Assembly: GCA_030264375.1 (NCBI GenBank)
Contig: JASCQW010000027.1
Location: forward strand, 39,374,116-39,438,115
Source: Carcharhinus longimanus
Lineage: Eukaryota
Reading direction: 5' to 3'
DNA length: 64,000 bases
Positions 25,760 through 39,605 of this stretch are shown piece by piece (position 1 is the stretch's first letter; each line of letters starts with the position of its first letter). The notes below the pieces were generated by a model. It was not told the DNA's origin and made no database searches. It worked only from the letters and a program-made list of their open reading frames with translations. A program made the position numbers and the translations under genes.

Positions 25760-27330
25760 CATTGCAGAAGGAAGCCATTCAGCCCCTCGAGTCTTCACCA
25801 ACCACACTCCCACCCAGGCNNNNNNNNNNNNNNNNNNNNNNNNNNNNNNNNNNNNNNNNNNNNNNNNNNNNNNNNNNNNNNNNNNNNNNNNNNNNNNNNN
25901 NNNNNNNNNNNNNNNNNNNNNNNNNNNNNNNNNNNNNNNNNNNNNNNNNNNNNNNNNNNNNNNNNNNNNNNNNNNNNNNNNNNNNNNNNNNNNNNNNNNN
26001 NNNNNNNNNNNNNNNNNNNNNNNNNNNNNNNNNNNNNNNNNNNNNNNNNNNNNNNNNNNNNNNNNNNNNNNNNNNNNNNNNNNNNNNNNNNNNNNNNNNN
26101 NNNNNNNNNNNNNNNNNNNNNNNNNNNNNNNNNNNNNNNNNNNNNNNNNNNNNNNNNNNNNNNNNNNNNNNNNNNNNNNNNNNNNNNNNNNNNNNNNNNN
26201 NNNNNNNNNNNNNNNNNNNNNNNNNNNNNNNNNNNNNNNNNNNNNNNNNNNNNNNNNNNNNNNNNNNNNNNNNNNNNNNNNNNNNNNNNNNNNNNNNNNN
26301 NNNNNNNNNNNNNNNNNNNNNNNNNNNNNNNNNNNNNNNNNNNNNNNNNNNNNNNNNNNNNNNNNNNNNNNNNNNNNNNNNNNNNNNNNNNNNNNNNNNN
26401 NNNNNNNNNNNNNNNNNNNNNNNNNNNNNNNNNNNNNNNNNNNNNNNNNNNNNNNNNNNNNNNNNNNNNNNNNNNNNNNNNNNNNNNNNNNNNNNNNAAA
26501 AAATTGCCCCTCTGGACACTTCTGTATCTCTCCCCTCTTACCTGAAACCTATGCCCTCTAGTTTTAGACTCCCCTACCTTTGGGAAAAGATTTTGCCTAT
26601 CTACCTTATCTGTGCCTCTATTATTATTTTATAGACCTCTATAAGGGCACCCCTCAGCTTCTTGCGCTCCAGAGCAAAAAGTCCCAATTTATTCAGCCTC
26701 TATAACTCAATCCATCAAGTCCAGGTAGCATCCTAGTAAATCTTTTCTGCACTCTTTCTAGTTTAATATATTTAAAGCTTTTAGTTAACTTATTTTCAGA
26801 AATTTTGAGCTAATTTCCCCTTTTTCTTTAGTTTTCCAATGGTATTAAATTTATGCAGTGCTCTCATCTATTGCTGGTCTAAAGCTTGGAGCTGAGAGTA
26901 CACAAATGTGACATTGAGTGATAACTCTGTTATATCCGTTTTTGAGGGAAACCCTGAACTAATCTTGCCTTTTCATAATGGCAGCATTGAACCCATAGAA
27001 ACATAGGAGCAGGAATATGCCATTCAGACCTTCAAGTCTCCTCCGCCATTCAATAAGATTATGCCTGATCTAATTGTGGTCTCAACTGCAGTTTTCTATC
27101 TATCCCCCATGAGCCTTAGCTCATGTCTATTAACAATCTGTCTAAATCTGCCTGAATAATTTCAATGACCTAGCCCCAGTGCTTTCTGGGGAAGAAAATT
27201 CCACATGCATTTGACCCTCAGAAAAAATCTCTTCATTTCAATCTAAAAAGGGAGGTGTCTTATTCTTAAACTACATTCTCTAGTTCCCACGAGTGGAAAC
27301 TTCCTGGTATCCTATCAAGTAGAATAGGAT
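25760..27330 (-). mobile_element. CR1-like 3' fragments in MYB intron 1 (largely gap)
   Basis: antisense CR1 3'-end text on both sides of the N run. Confidence 0.6.
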
Positions 27331-28180
27331 NNNNNNNNNNTGATAATAGAGGACATCACTGCTGAATCCAAATTATGACCTCATGTGACATCCATACATA
27401 CACACACCTATGTAAGTTATTAAAAGTCAAGAATAGGAACTTCATCCAAGTTAGATATTCTTCTCTCTACGTAACTATGGGTTCTGAGGTCAATTGGTGG
27501 TTCTTTCACTACCTCAGCCAAGGTCAGCTAACTCATTGGAGATCAGAGTTCTGACTTTGCCTGTATGGCTCAGCTGTGCATTATATGAAGGGTACATTTG
27601 CCTAATGCAGGAATTAAAAAAAGTCATAAATCTTATTTCTTTAGCACTGAAATTTTAAGTGGACAAAAACCTATTAATCTGTAATAAAACCACTTGTATT
27701 CTAGAATTATATGGTCAACTTATTAGGTATGATTGTAAAATATGCTAATGAAGCTTCTTGTGAATGGAAATATACTGCTAACTTAATGTTTTTACTGATC
27801 CATTAAGTGTCTTACACGTGTTAATTCTGAGCCATTCTCTCATTAATAGGATTATTTTGCTATTTGAGAGTATGTTTTAAGTGATCTGGCTATCAAAATA
27901 GAAGTAAACAATTAAAATAAGGATGCATTTAACTGTGAAGTAATTGGATTGTACTATTAACGATTTAATTGTAGTAACTCATGCTTTTCCAGACAGTACT
28001 GAAAAGGTTATTTGGAATATACTTGTGAATGCTCTACTGAACCTAAATATCTGATATTTCCAGATTTTGAATTTGAAAATACAGTAATTGTTTTCCTCTT
28101 TGTTCAACCGTGCAATTTTCTTTGAAAAGAATATGAAAAAAATTATTGCTGCTGAATTTTTAAAAGTATTTTGTTTGTAG

Positions 28181-28298
28181 TTTATACAGTAGTGATGAGG
28201 AAGAAGAAGAGATTGAAATGTTTGATCATGATTATGATGGTCCACAACCAAAGTCTTGTAAACGGCAATTAAGCAAAACCAGGTGGACACGTGAAGAG
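28181..28298 (+). CDS. MYB: c-Myb exon 2 (LYSSDEEEEEIEMFDHDYDGPQPKSCKRQLSKTRWTREE)
   Basis: tttgtag acceptor and gtatgt donor; 118 nt; acidic CK2-site region and start of R1. Confidence 0.97.
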
Positions 28299-28470
28299 GT
28301 ATGTCAAGATTAATTGAACATGCTCTTTTTAAACACCTCTCAGCTGAAAGTGTAATCAAATTAAACTAAAAATGGTTTGTCATATTCAAGTTATACCAGG
28401 TTACTTTGATTTGCATAATTGTGTATGTCCAGATCCAATAAAAACAAAATAACACTTGTTTTTTTTAAAG

Positions 28471-28542
28471 GATGAAAAGCTGAAGAAATTAGTTGAACAA
28501 CATGGAACAGAAGACTGGAAAGTGATTGCCAATTTCCTTCCA
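28471..28542 (+). CDS. MYB: c-Myb exon 3 (DEKLKKLVEQHGTEDWKVIANFLP), R1
   Basis: AG/GT boundaries; 72 nt; Myb repeat 1. Confidence 0.98.
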
Positions 28543-29420
28543 GTAAGTGCTATCTTCTGTGGTCTTTACATATACTTCAAAATGTTATTCTTACTTTAAG
28601 TAAAAATATATGTACCGATTTTCTGAAAATTCATTGTTGTTCTTGTTTGAAAATAGTATAACAGCATGTATAAATGTTAAGCCTATATGAATAATAATAT
28701 TATTATTTTAAAGATAATAGTAATATTTTAAAGATAAATCCAATTGCTTATCATCACCTCACCATGACTCAATGACCAAGTTTGAAATGAGGTTTGACAA
28801 AGGATTTACTTTACAGTACCTGGTTGAATAAGTTTTCTAATTGCAATGCTCTTCCAGAGAGTTGAATGAGTTTAAAAATACAAATATTATGCAGAGATGT
28901 AAAACTTTTGGGTCAGAACAATAAGATATGTCATATTCCATGGGACACATGAGCACGTGTATTGAATGACCCTTAAATGGGTTGTTTAATTTCTGGATAA
29001 TTTATGGATCATTTAATTTCACTTTCAGTAATCAGAATTGAACAGTCTTACTGTCAAGCACCTGGTAAACTATCTGACACCTGACTTGCCACAGCTGTTC
29101 CATTAATATTACATGTGATTTGATGTTAAGAACTGAAAAGTATGCCATACCGAAAGACAAAAAATATTTTAGTTTAAATTTTTAAATAGAATAATTTCCT
29201 CACCATGACAAATTGTTATGTTAAATGGCTATTGATACATGCAGTTGTTGTATTTGACAAGTTATTTCCCTTGTCTTACACAGATGCTTGAAAAGTGAAA
29301 TGCAGAAATGAAACTTGTCTGCTGAGTATTGCATTGAATTAAAGCCACAAAGTGTTGTACATTTTCTTGAAAATGCTTTAAAACATTAGAATTAGTTCCT
29401 GTATTCCTTTACAAATCTAG

Positions 29421-29513
29421 AATCGGACCGATGTGCAGTGCCAACACCGATGGCAAAAGGTTCTAAATCCTGAACTTATTAAAGGCCCTTGGACAAAGGA
29501 AGAGGATCAAAGG
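29421..29513 (+). CDS. MYB: c-Myb exon 4 (NRTDVQCQHRWQKVLNPELIKGPWTKEEDQR), R1/R2
   Basis: AG/GT boundaries; 93 nt; canonical Myb repeat sequence. Confidence 0.98.
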
Positions 29514-29759
29514 GTATGGTCATTTATTAAACAGTTGAGTAGTAGAAGTGTGTTATTTTTTCGCCTGGCTTTTGACTCAACCTGACAGACCAGAAACTCA
29601 CCACTCACCCAAGAGAAATGTCAAATATTGGAGGGCCATGTATATAGAGGAAGGAGGGGAAACGGGAGTAAGGATTATCATGTCCTGGATTGCATACCTC
29701 CCAGAAGTGCATACCTTAATGGTAGGTGACTTGATTGTAATCTGGATGTAATACAACTT

Positions 29760-30112
29760 TTTTTATTTGTTCAGGGAATGTGGGCATCACTGGCTGGGCC
29801 AGCATTTATTGCCCCTTCCTAATTGCCCTTGAACTGGGCATTTGAGAGTCAGCCAAATTGCTGTGGGTCTGGAGTCACATGTAGGCCAGACCAGGTAAAT
29901 ATGACAGCTTTCTTTCCCTAAAGGACATTATATGGGTTTTTACGACAATTGACATTGGTTTCATGGACATCATTGGACCTTTAATTCTAGATTTTTTTTA
30001 TTGATTTATCAAGTTTAACCATCTGCCATGGTGGATTCAAACCTGTTCCCCAAATAGTCTGGGTTTCTGGATTATTAGTCTGGTGACATTACCACTACGC
30101 CATCACTTCTCC
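29760..30112 (-). mobile_element. Deu-domain-like SINE
   Basis: same core and tail as 7305-7690. Confidence 0.7.
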
Positions 30113-30199
30113 TAAAAAAGGAGAAAAATAACTTGGAAATGGTTTGTGAAAGGAAAAGGAACGAGAAAAGTACCTTTCTGCCCAAAAGGTAAAATATGC

Positions 30200-31305
30200 A
30201 ATTTATTTAATGGTATGTTGTCCTTTACTGCATGTGGTTAGAGTATAAAAGTAAGAAATATTATGGAGTTTCTGTGAGATCACACCTAAAGTGCTGTTTC
30301 CAGTTTTGGCACTTTACTTAAGAAAGGATATACTTGCTTTTGAAGGAAAACAAAGTTTCGCTAGATTGATTCCTGGGCTTAGAAGGTTGTTCTGTCAGGA
30401 ATGATTAAGTAAAATGGCCCTATGGAGTTTAGAGGAATGAGCGATGATCTCATTACAACATAATTCTGAGAAAGTTTGATGCTGCTGGTAGCTGTTGATA
30501 GGCCCTTTCCCCAGCTGAAGATTCTAGAACTATGGTGCATAGTCTTAGAATGAGGGGGTGAGTCATTTAGGACCAAGATAAGGAGAAATTTTAGGGGCGA
30601 TTCTCCGAAAGGTGCTGAATTGGCTGGATAACTATTCTAAATCCAGACTTCTGACAGTTTAGCTTCTCACTTGAATCTCCACACTCTGTGCACTGAAGAG
30701 GTCCCAGTTGTGAATATCATCAAAAACCCAATAAGGCGGGGCCAAATCACGCCAGAGTTTGACAGTTCTGGAGCTCTGCACATGTGCAGTGGCCCCAAAC
30801 TGTCAACCTCCCATTTGCTGGCCAGCTCGATTGATGGGAGATTCAATCAAATTAACAAATATACATATTTAAAATACATGCAGAAAAGATTTAATATATC
30901 TTTTAATATATATTTATATACATCTACCTTCCCGTCGGTTTCCAGCGTGGTCTGGCCGGCGACTGTTCGCCAGCTCTGGGAGATGCGCATGCGTTCCTGG
31001 TACAAGCACAAATCTCTGTTCAAGGCTGCAGGCGCGTGTCTCTCACCACGACCTGCCAGAAAAGCTGCGGGCTATAATGGAAGAAACGCGGCCTTCATTA
31101 CTGAGGGTTAGGAATCATTGGAATTTTCTACTTCAGAGGGCTATGTTTGCTCAGTCATTGAGTACGTTCAAGGCTGAGATTTTTGGATGCAAAGAGAAAT
31201 GTGGGATATGACGATTGGATGGGAAAATGGAATTATGACTGAAGATCAGCCATGATTTTACTGAGAGGCTTGTGGCCTGTTTCTGCTCCGATTTCTTGTA
31301 TTCTT
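30200..31305 (+). mobile_element. decayed CR1 interrupted by a MITE-like element (~30592-31090)
   Basis: CR1 text resumes after an insert that begins GGGGCGATTCTCC. Confidence 0.6.
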
Positions 31306-31794
31306 AAAGTTGCTTAGATATCATGCTGCGAATAATATATGACATAATAAACAATCTTAATAAGCTTGGAATGCCATAACTGTTTAATGATTTTTTTTCA
31401 AGAACGTTTGAGGTCTTGAATGACCTCTTCACAATTCCTAAGTTTTTAATGTCATTAGTTGCAATTCAGAACTGTTGCAAGGAGGACAATTGAAAGAACA
31501 TTACAACAGTGTACATTAGAGTTTTTTCATACTCAGGAATACATTTCTTTAATGTTGTGGGTGCTGTTATCTAGTAGTTCTTACTCCTCTGTCTGTGCTT
31601 CATTCAAATATAAAATATATTACATACCTTATAAATTTTAGACAAGTAAGAAATTATTAAAGAATGAATATTGTTTTGTTTACTTAAGAATTCATAATTT
31701 ACTAAACTATTTTAAGATAAATTTTATAATTCAGAATAATGTTAAATCTGCATAACTTGCATAGGGCATTTCTAAAACAAAAATTTTGTTATAG

Positions 31795-32015
31795 GTGATA
31801 GAACTTGTTCAGAAATATGGCCCAAAACGCTGGTCTGTTATCGCAAAGCACTTAAAAGGCAGAATAGGAAAACAATGCCGGGAGCGGTGGCACAATCATC
31901 TGAATCCTGAAGTGAAAAAAACTTCCTGGACTGAAGAGGAAGATCGAATTATATATCAAGCGCATAAAAGACTTGGAAATAGATGGGCAGAAATAGCAAA
32001 GCTACTTCCTGGAAG
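31795..32015 (+). CDS. MYB: c-Myb exon 5 (VIELVQKYGPKRWS...WAEIAKLLPGR), R2/R3 DNA-binding domain
   Basis: ORF-track 31795-32019; 221 nt; ag|gtaag donor. Confidence 0.99.
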
Positions 32016-34739
32016 GTAAGCAATGTTGAAGCCTAACCTGCAGAAAATAAGAGCCTGAATTCTAGTGGATCATAAAAAAAGTTACCCTGTAATAAATTAT
32101 AGAATGATAGCATCCATATTACCATACTGTATAATAATGAGGATCTTTGGAACACTTTGCAACCTCTAGCGAGATAAATTGAGTTGGTAACAACAACATG
32201 TAATTATTGGAGGAATTGTCAGAATGTGTGTGGGAAGCTTAATGAATGGGAGCCAAAGGGATAATTGGAACTGGGATATAAGAAACTATGCAAATTTGCA
32301 GATGACACTAAATTAAGGCACATTAAAATAAAGAGGAAACTCAGAGATTACATTGACTTATTTAAATATTTAAGTAGACAGGACAATGGCAAATAAAATT
32401 AAAAGGAACTGTGCATGAAGTAATGCATGTAGAAAGAAATTTGACGATGCAAGTACAATGACATAGCTAAAGAAGAAGTTAAAAGGCCTGGAAATCTTAA
32501 TTAAACCAATGTTTGATATGTCTAATCAATGCAAAATGGCCCTCAACAAAATTAATGAAATATTATAATCAAAACAGAAGAATAAATACAGGTCAGAGGG
32601 TGCCATGGTCTAATTGTGGAGTACTCTGGTCAGACCATACCTTGAAAATTTTACCCATTATGCTCACTGGAGCACGAAACTGACAGATGAATACTGAAGT
32701 CTGCATTGAGATGATCTGTGAGGCTAAACCCTATTTGAGCTATGAAAAAGATGAGTAGTGGAGACAGAAAATCATGTCAGAACCAATTAGATGCTGCAAC
32801 AGAGGTACTTTAGGGTCCCTTTGGATGCACTCATTGACTGGCTTTGATCTCTGAAAAATGGGGAGGCTTTGGGATGGTAGATGCTAAATTGGTATTCATC
32901 TCAGAATGTCAAAAATGAAAGTGTGCAGGGATCCCCAGTATGTTGATCCTCTTGAATCATTGACAAATCACTTGGAGCTGGATCATATAGGTGCCAAATG
33001 GATGACTTGTATTCCCAAAGACATGCTCAATGATGAGCTTGTGATCGGTATAAGAGCAACAAATTGCCCACATTTACGAGACAAGGATGTCTGAAAGTAA
33101 GACGTTTGAGTTGATATGTGGATGACACATGGAAATGGCTGCATGGGATGTCCCTTGCTGCTGACTGGAGTGCCTGGAGACAAGCTGTCAGAAAGGGTGT
33201 AGGATAAGCAGAAGATAAAAGAAACATCCAGATGGCAGAAAAGAGAGCCCAAAAGAGGGAAGAAGCATCAGTTAGCCTTGGATCAATGCTATTCATTAAT
33301 GCCAGCTGTGGGAGGGACTGTCACTCATGAGTCAGCCTGTGTTGCCACAACAGATAAGTTCTATTCAACACCATCGGACAGTCCATCTGAAGTGGAAGAG
33401 TGCCTTCCCTCTACTATAAATCTCAAAGCTGATCCATCTACTTTTGCTTTTAATCAAATCACAATTGAGATGTGGCATTCTGCTCTAGGAGACAAATTAC
33501 TCTTTAAATATTTTAATAAGACTTCACATTTTTTCAATATTTAACATTTAGCCCTGATTGACCAAATTTCCCATGCCTTGCGGAAACTCAGCGGCTAAAG
33601 GGAGGTGAGAAATATTATAGTATCTAGCAGATATGTGCTTTTTTAACACTGCATGTGAGTTAAGAGAAGAATTGTTTTCCCTTCGTCCCCAAAGCTTAAC
33701 TGTGAATTACTACTGTGAGCAACTGGCTAACTTCCAAACCCCCAACAATGTGTAGGTAGGTGAACCCTTCATTCATTCTGAACTCATCCGAGGTGGAGAA
33801 ACTGGTCAATGCTCATAATTCGCTTTAATAGTTTATTGTAACATTTCTAAACTGAAAACCGTCAGTACCCTGTCCCCCTTGTAAGTGAAATCATTATCAT
33901 ATCTAGTTTCTCTGTAACTTCTGAGCTTCACTTATGCTCAGAACCTTTGAATTGCTGCTTCTGAAAAGTTGTTGCTTTGGTTCCAGCTGTTCTTTTAGGT
34001 TAGATCCAATCCCCACATTAAACTTAGTTTCTGAGAAGCCTTTTACTGTGCAGTACTACCATTGCAGTGCTGCTGTTTTTACTGTTCTGTTTCTACTGTT
34101 ACTGCTATCTGCTAGTAAATTATCCTTACTGGTAAACATATGTTTCTTTGAACTACCAAAAAAATCATATCTGTGACAAAGATTGCCACAGACCCCTCGC
34201 GAAACCTGTGTCTCCTTACATATTATAACGGTCTCATACCTGGATCATGAATAGACCATTAACAAACAAAGGCGTTGTGATGGAGAAGAGTCTGCTTATC
34301 TGAGATAGCTTTTGCTCTAAACCAAAAATTCTCTGAGATTAGCATTTCCATAGATTGAGGCCACATTCACAATGGTTCCACAAAGCTTGTTAGCCTGTAG
34401 CTATTATTTACAGTTCTATAGTTTTGTCAACAGGTGCTTAATGGTCAGTACACATACACATCAAATGGCCTAATAGCTTTGTTAGCTGTCTCTCAACTAG
34501 CATAGTGAAAAGTCACTCGGATTTTGAAGGTCTCAGATTTTCAAGGTCCTGTAGAATGTTGGGAGGCAGAATTTGGCCAATTTCTGAAAATTGTCCATTA
34601 CAAATAATCTTTTTGCAGTACATAACTTTGTGCTTTAAATGTTGACTTTGTTTAAGTTGGAATTGTTCTTGCTAAACGACTGGTGACACATGATCTCCTA
34701 CAGACCATGTATTTTGATCCTCCTTCCTATGCACTGAGG

Positions 34740-36770
34740 GTGTGGAGAGTCTACAGAAGGATCTAGATAGGCTGGGTGAATGGGCCAGGAACTGGCAAAT
34801 GGAATTTAATGTTGGCAAGTGCGAGGTGGTNNNNNNNNNNNNNNNNNNNNNNNNNNNNNNNNNNNNNNNNNNNNNNNNNNNNNNNNNNNNNNNNNNNNNN
34901 NNNNNNNNNNNNNNNNNNNNNNNNNNNNNNTGACCGGCGCGGAGGGTCTGTCCTCTTCGCTGCAGACTAAATCAAATCAGTCACTCAGAAGCAAAAGTCA
35001 TCCCGTGGTGTTGCTGGGAATTTGCCCCACCGCTTGCTGTATTTCCCCCGGAAGGAACAGAGATGAAGCTTCTGTACAAAGCATCAGCACAGGCTTTGAC
35101 AGTCTGAACTGTTCCGTCGCTGAGAGTTACCCATCGGAACGGGGCTCGGCCAGGACCAGAGTCACACACACACCCGCTGTGGGCATCATCCTGCCCAGGA
35201 GGCACCCTGGGCTACTACCTGGAGAAAGGCCACTCAGCCCATCGAGGGTAACTGGAGCTCACACATCCCTCTGGACGTCGGGGAAATGGCAGCCAGCTGG
35301 ATTGTAGGCTTCTGGCCGTTACAGGCCGCACGGACCATGTGACTGTAAAGGGAAGATGGCTGCCTGGAATCTCTCGGCCTGGGGCTCAGGCAGCACTGTG
35401 GGGATGTGGAGGGGGAGGAGGGGGCAGGTCTCAGGGAGGTCTTGGCATGCTGGAGCAAAGGCTTGTGATGTGAAACACTGTGAACCGCAGCCATCACAAT
35501 CACCCCACCCCCACCCCCTCACCTCAGGGTGACAACCTCCGAGATCGCAGCTCACCAGGCCGATGGCACACTGTCAACTCTCCCACTGACACAGAAACCC
35601 CCGTCCACTTGGTAAGAATCTCACTGCGATGTACGGGCTCTGGTTGAGGTGATGATCGTAGAGCTGAGAGTGAAGGACGGATTTTTCTGGCACTGTGTCT
35701 CAGGCAGTAAACAGGAAGCACCCTCAGGAATATTATCTACACGTGAGAAACAGAACAAAATTAACGCTTCAACTGGTGCCACTGGCATTGATAAACTGGC
35801 ACTGGTAACACCAGTGACACTGGCAATGGTGACACCNNNNNNNNNNNNNNNNNNNNNNNNNNNNNNNNNNNNNNNNNNNNNNNNNNNNNNNNNNNNNNNN
35901 NNNNNNNNNNNNNNNNNNNNNNNNNNNNNNNNNNNNNNNNNNNNNNNNNNNNNNNNNNNNNNNNNNNNNNNNNNNNNNNNNNNNNNNNNNNNNNNNNNNN
36001 NNNNNNNNNNNNNNNNNNNNNNNNNNNNNNNNNNNNNNNNNNNNNNNNNNNTGTGTGAGTGTGCATGTCACAGTATTGTTTAAGCTTTGGCAAATGCATG
36101 TTGAGAGTTTGATCCAAGGTTTTGAACTTGAGGGTTTGAGATACGAGGCGAGTGTTTGGAGATTTACCAGTACAAAGAACACAGAAAGGCAGCGTGCAGG
36201 TACAGCAAGCAATGAGGAAGGTGAATGGACTGTTGGTCTTTATTGCGAGGGGATTGGGATACGGGAATAAAGACATCTCGCTCCAGTTGGGCAGGGTTTC
36301 GGTGAGATCACATCTGGAATACCGTCAGCAGTTTTGGTCTCTACATTTCAGAAAGGATAGACTCACGTTGGAGACAGTTACAGCGAGGGTTCACTGGATT
36401 AATCCCTGGGAAGAGGGAGATACCCTGTGGTGAGAAGCTGAGATTATTTTCTCTGGAGTTTCGAAGAATGAGAAGTGATTTCATTAAAAAGTACAGAATT
36501 CTGAAGGGGTTTGATGGGGGGGTACGCTGATTGTTTCCGCCGGTCGGGGAATCTATAACACGGGAGCAGAGTCTCAGGATGAGGGGTCGATCTTCTAGAA
36601 CTCGGACAAGGAGACAATTCTTTACTCAAATTTGTGAATCTTTGGAAATCTCTCCTGCAGGATATTCTAGGTTCTCCATTGCGGAATTGTTTAAAGGCTG
36701 GGATAGACAGGACTTTGGTCTCTCCGGGAAGCGAGAGATATGGGGAGTGGGTGGGAAAGTGGAGTGGATC
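34740..36770 (+). mobile_element. CR1-like LINE pieces split by gaps and a GC-rich insert
   Basis: LQKDLDRLGEWARNWQMEFNVGKCEV; VRSHLEYRQQFWS. Confidence 0.7.
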
Positions 36771-36771
36771 A

Positions 36772-37000
36772 GCTATGTGGAGTTTGCACATTCTCCCCGT
36801 GTCTGTGTGGGTTTCCTCCAAGTGCCCCGGTTTCCTCCCACAGTTTGAAAGACGTGCTGGTTAGGGTGCACTGGCCGTGCTAAATTCTCCCTCAGTGTAC
36901 CCAAACAGGTGCTGGAGTGTGGCGGCTAGGGGATTTTCACAGTAACTTTATTGCAGTGTTAATGTAAGCCTACTCATGACACTAACAAATAAACTTAAAA
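36772..37000 (+). mobile_element. 5'-truncated V-SINE just upstream of exon 6
   Basis: V core and tail match 10625-10925. Confidence 0.75.
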
Positions 37001-37025
37001 CTATTATTTGTCCATAAATTACTGA

Positions 37026-37298
<273 letters not shown>

Positions 37299-37742
37299 TA
37301 AAATTTTTTTTTGCTTTTTAATCTCTTCTAGTAACTTGATGGTTTTTGTATACTAATCCTGTAGTATGCATATCCATGCATTAATTTTGAAAGGTTAGTG
37401 GAATGAAAGCTGCCCAATTTTTTTTTCTGGAAGGCAGCTTTGTAGTTAAATAGTAGTTTTACTTTTCATTGAAGTTACTTTTATGCATAAATTAAAAATA
37501 AATGCTACATGTCCTTAATTGCTTACAAGATGAGCTTTAATAGGGACTTGAGTGCAAAATAATTCTAAATAGTTGAATTTATCATTAGAATCTGAAATAA
37601 GTTTTCTTAAAATATAGAAAGTTGCAGCTGTTTCAGAGATATAAATATTTATTACTCTTTTACATGATTTACAAATCATGTAAATATAAAAAGATTAATC
37701 CCAGCAGAATTGATTTTAACCATGCTTTATTGTTTTTCCCAG

Positions 37743-37823
37743 ATTTCTAATTCGGTGCCCTACCCAGTAGCTCTACATATGAACATGGCCAATATTCCCC
37801 AACCAGGCACTGCAGCTATTCAG
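37743..37823 (+). CDS. MYB: c-Myb exon 7 (ISNSVPYPVALHMNMANIPQPGTAAIQ)
   Basis: tttcccag acceptor and gtaggt donor; 81 nt; PYPVALH motif. Confidence 0.95.
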
Positions 37824-38151
37824 GTAGGTTGAATTTGTTTTCTTCCTGATCATTTTTATATGAGCTACAGAGACCACTATTCTTCAAGGTTAGTTTAAAT
37901 TCAATGAATTCATCCTTCAGAAAATATATGAACAAAATGTCGTTTTGAAAGAAATGTATCCTCTCTATATTAACAGCAAGTCATTATTATTTATCCACGA
38001 AAAAGTTCATTTAGTAATTGGTTTTGACCTTCATGGTTGCCTTGACCTCAGCTGTGGTAGCTGAAGTCCGAAAGTCTTAATCAGTATAACATTATATTTA
38101 AAGTCATATCCTTTGATCTTTTCTTTCTTTTCCCTCAACTCTTAATTTCAG

Positions 38152-38256
38152 AGGCACTATAATGATGAAGATCCTGAAAAAGAGAAAAGAATAAAGGAAT
38201 TAGAGTTGCTACTAATGTCGACTGAAAATGAACTGAGAGGGCAGCAGGCATTACCA
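38152..38256 (+). CDS. MYB: c-Myb exon 8, transactivation/KIX-binding domain (RHYNDEDPEKEKRIKELELLLMSTENELRGQQALP)
   Basis: LMSTEN motif; 105 nt; AG/GT boundaries. Confidence 0.98.
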
Positions 38257-39605
38257 GTAAGAATGTCACTGTGTGGCTTGGATAAAGGGCTAGCAGCTTC
38301 ACCCCAGTGCTCCTCTCTTTCATTTCCACCTTTTAAAGGCTCTATATTAATTTTAAATCTGTGAAACCAAAAATTAATTTTAAAATTGATATCTCTGCAA
38401 GATAACTAGAGTAATAGTGGATGCATTTTATGTTGAATTCCAACATAAGTTCATTTCCAAAAATCTTAAAAGTTACAATTTGATTAAATACATTTAACAC
38501 TGATTTACTGAAGTATTCTCATAGTATCACACCCAAAACAATTTAATTTGCTGAAAAAACTAATCTAGAGCCTATTTCCAAATCTGTCATTTGCTTTCTA
38601 AGGCTGTGCTCTTTTTTGCATTGCATTTCATTGCTTGCCTACATTAATTTTTAAGGTGCATGTTTGACTGTTTACTTCAATGTTCTTTTTAAACTATGCA
38701 TTATTTTCCTGGCTGGTTATATTAACCCATTTTGTTTAAATTATCAGCAGATAGTGATGCATGACAAAAACATGTGCTGGCTTTTCAATCAATTCCACAA
38801 TGTATGAACAGTATTTCAGTTATAAAAGCAACAGTACTGGTTTTGGTTTTACTGTATGTGGTAAAAGCCAGACAAACCCAAGTGACAATAAATGTCCAGC
38901 ACACTCGGAGGGGGTTTTGAGAGGGTATTGTGGTACATGGGTTTGCATGAAAAATAACCTGCATGAGAATTTATGTAACTGTACTAATAGTTTACATTTA
39001 GAAACTATGTAAACCTGGTTTTATTTTAAAAGTTTACCATTTCTTCCATCATCTGACTACATATTAAGCTTGTCTCTAATTTCTGCTCTATTTTCTGATA
39101 ATTTTGATTTGCACACCCCTGTGTTGCGTTGGTGTGAGCTGCAGCATTAAAAAGGTTAGCTGCAGTAATTCACTGCTACAAAAGCAACTCTAACTCACCA
39201 TTCTAAAATAGCCTGCAGTAGAATATTAACTAGCTCAGGATGAAAGCCACATGGAACACACAACTACGTAAACTCTATTATGTTGCCCAAAAATGTTCTT
39301 TAATTAGACAGAAGCCATGGCCCAATTGTTTTATTGGCTAAAGAAGATATTTAAACCTTGGTTACTATATTGTAATACCTGAAATTTTTTGTTGAGGGAA
39401 GAAAAAAGTCAAGAATATGTTTAGCAAATGTGAAGTAGACAGTAGGGCACCATTTTTTTGTAGTGCAGAAAAAGCTCTTTACATAGTGTTTCAAAAGTAA
39501 CTTACAAGAATGATGCAACTACTAAAATGCTTCTGCTAATATCTGATTCAACCTTGTGCAATCTGATTACTAACTTCCTTTACTTTCTCTCTTCCTTTTC
39601 TGCAG

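Noticed and set aside
25681-26634. Long ORFs (246-317 aa) in the ORF track
   Set aside because: Open only because of N runs; the same applies to other X-rich ORFs
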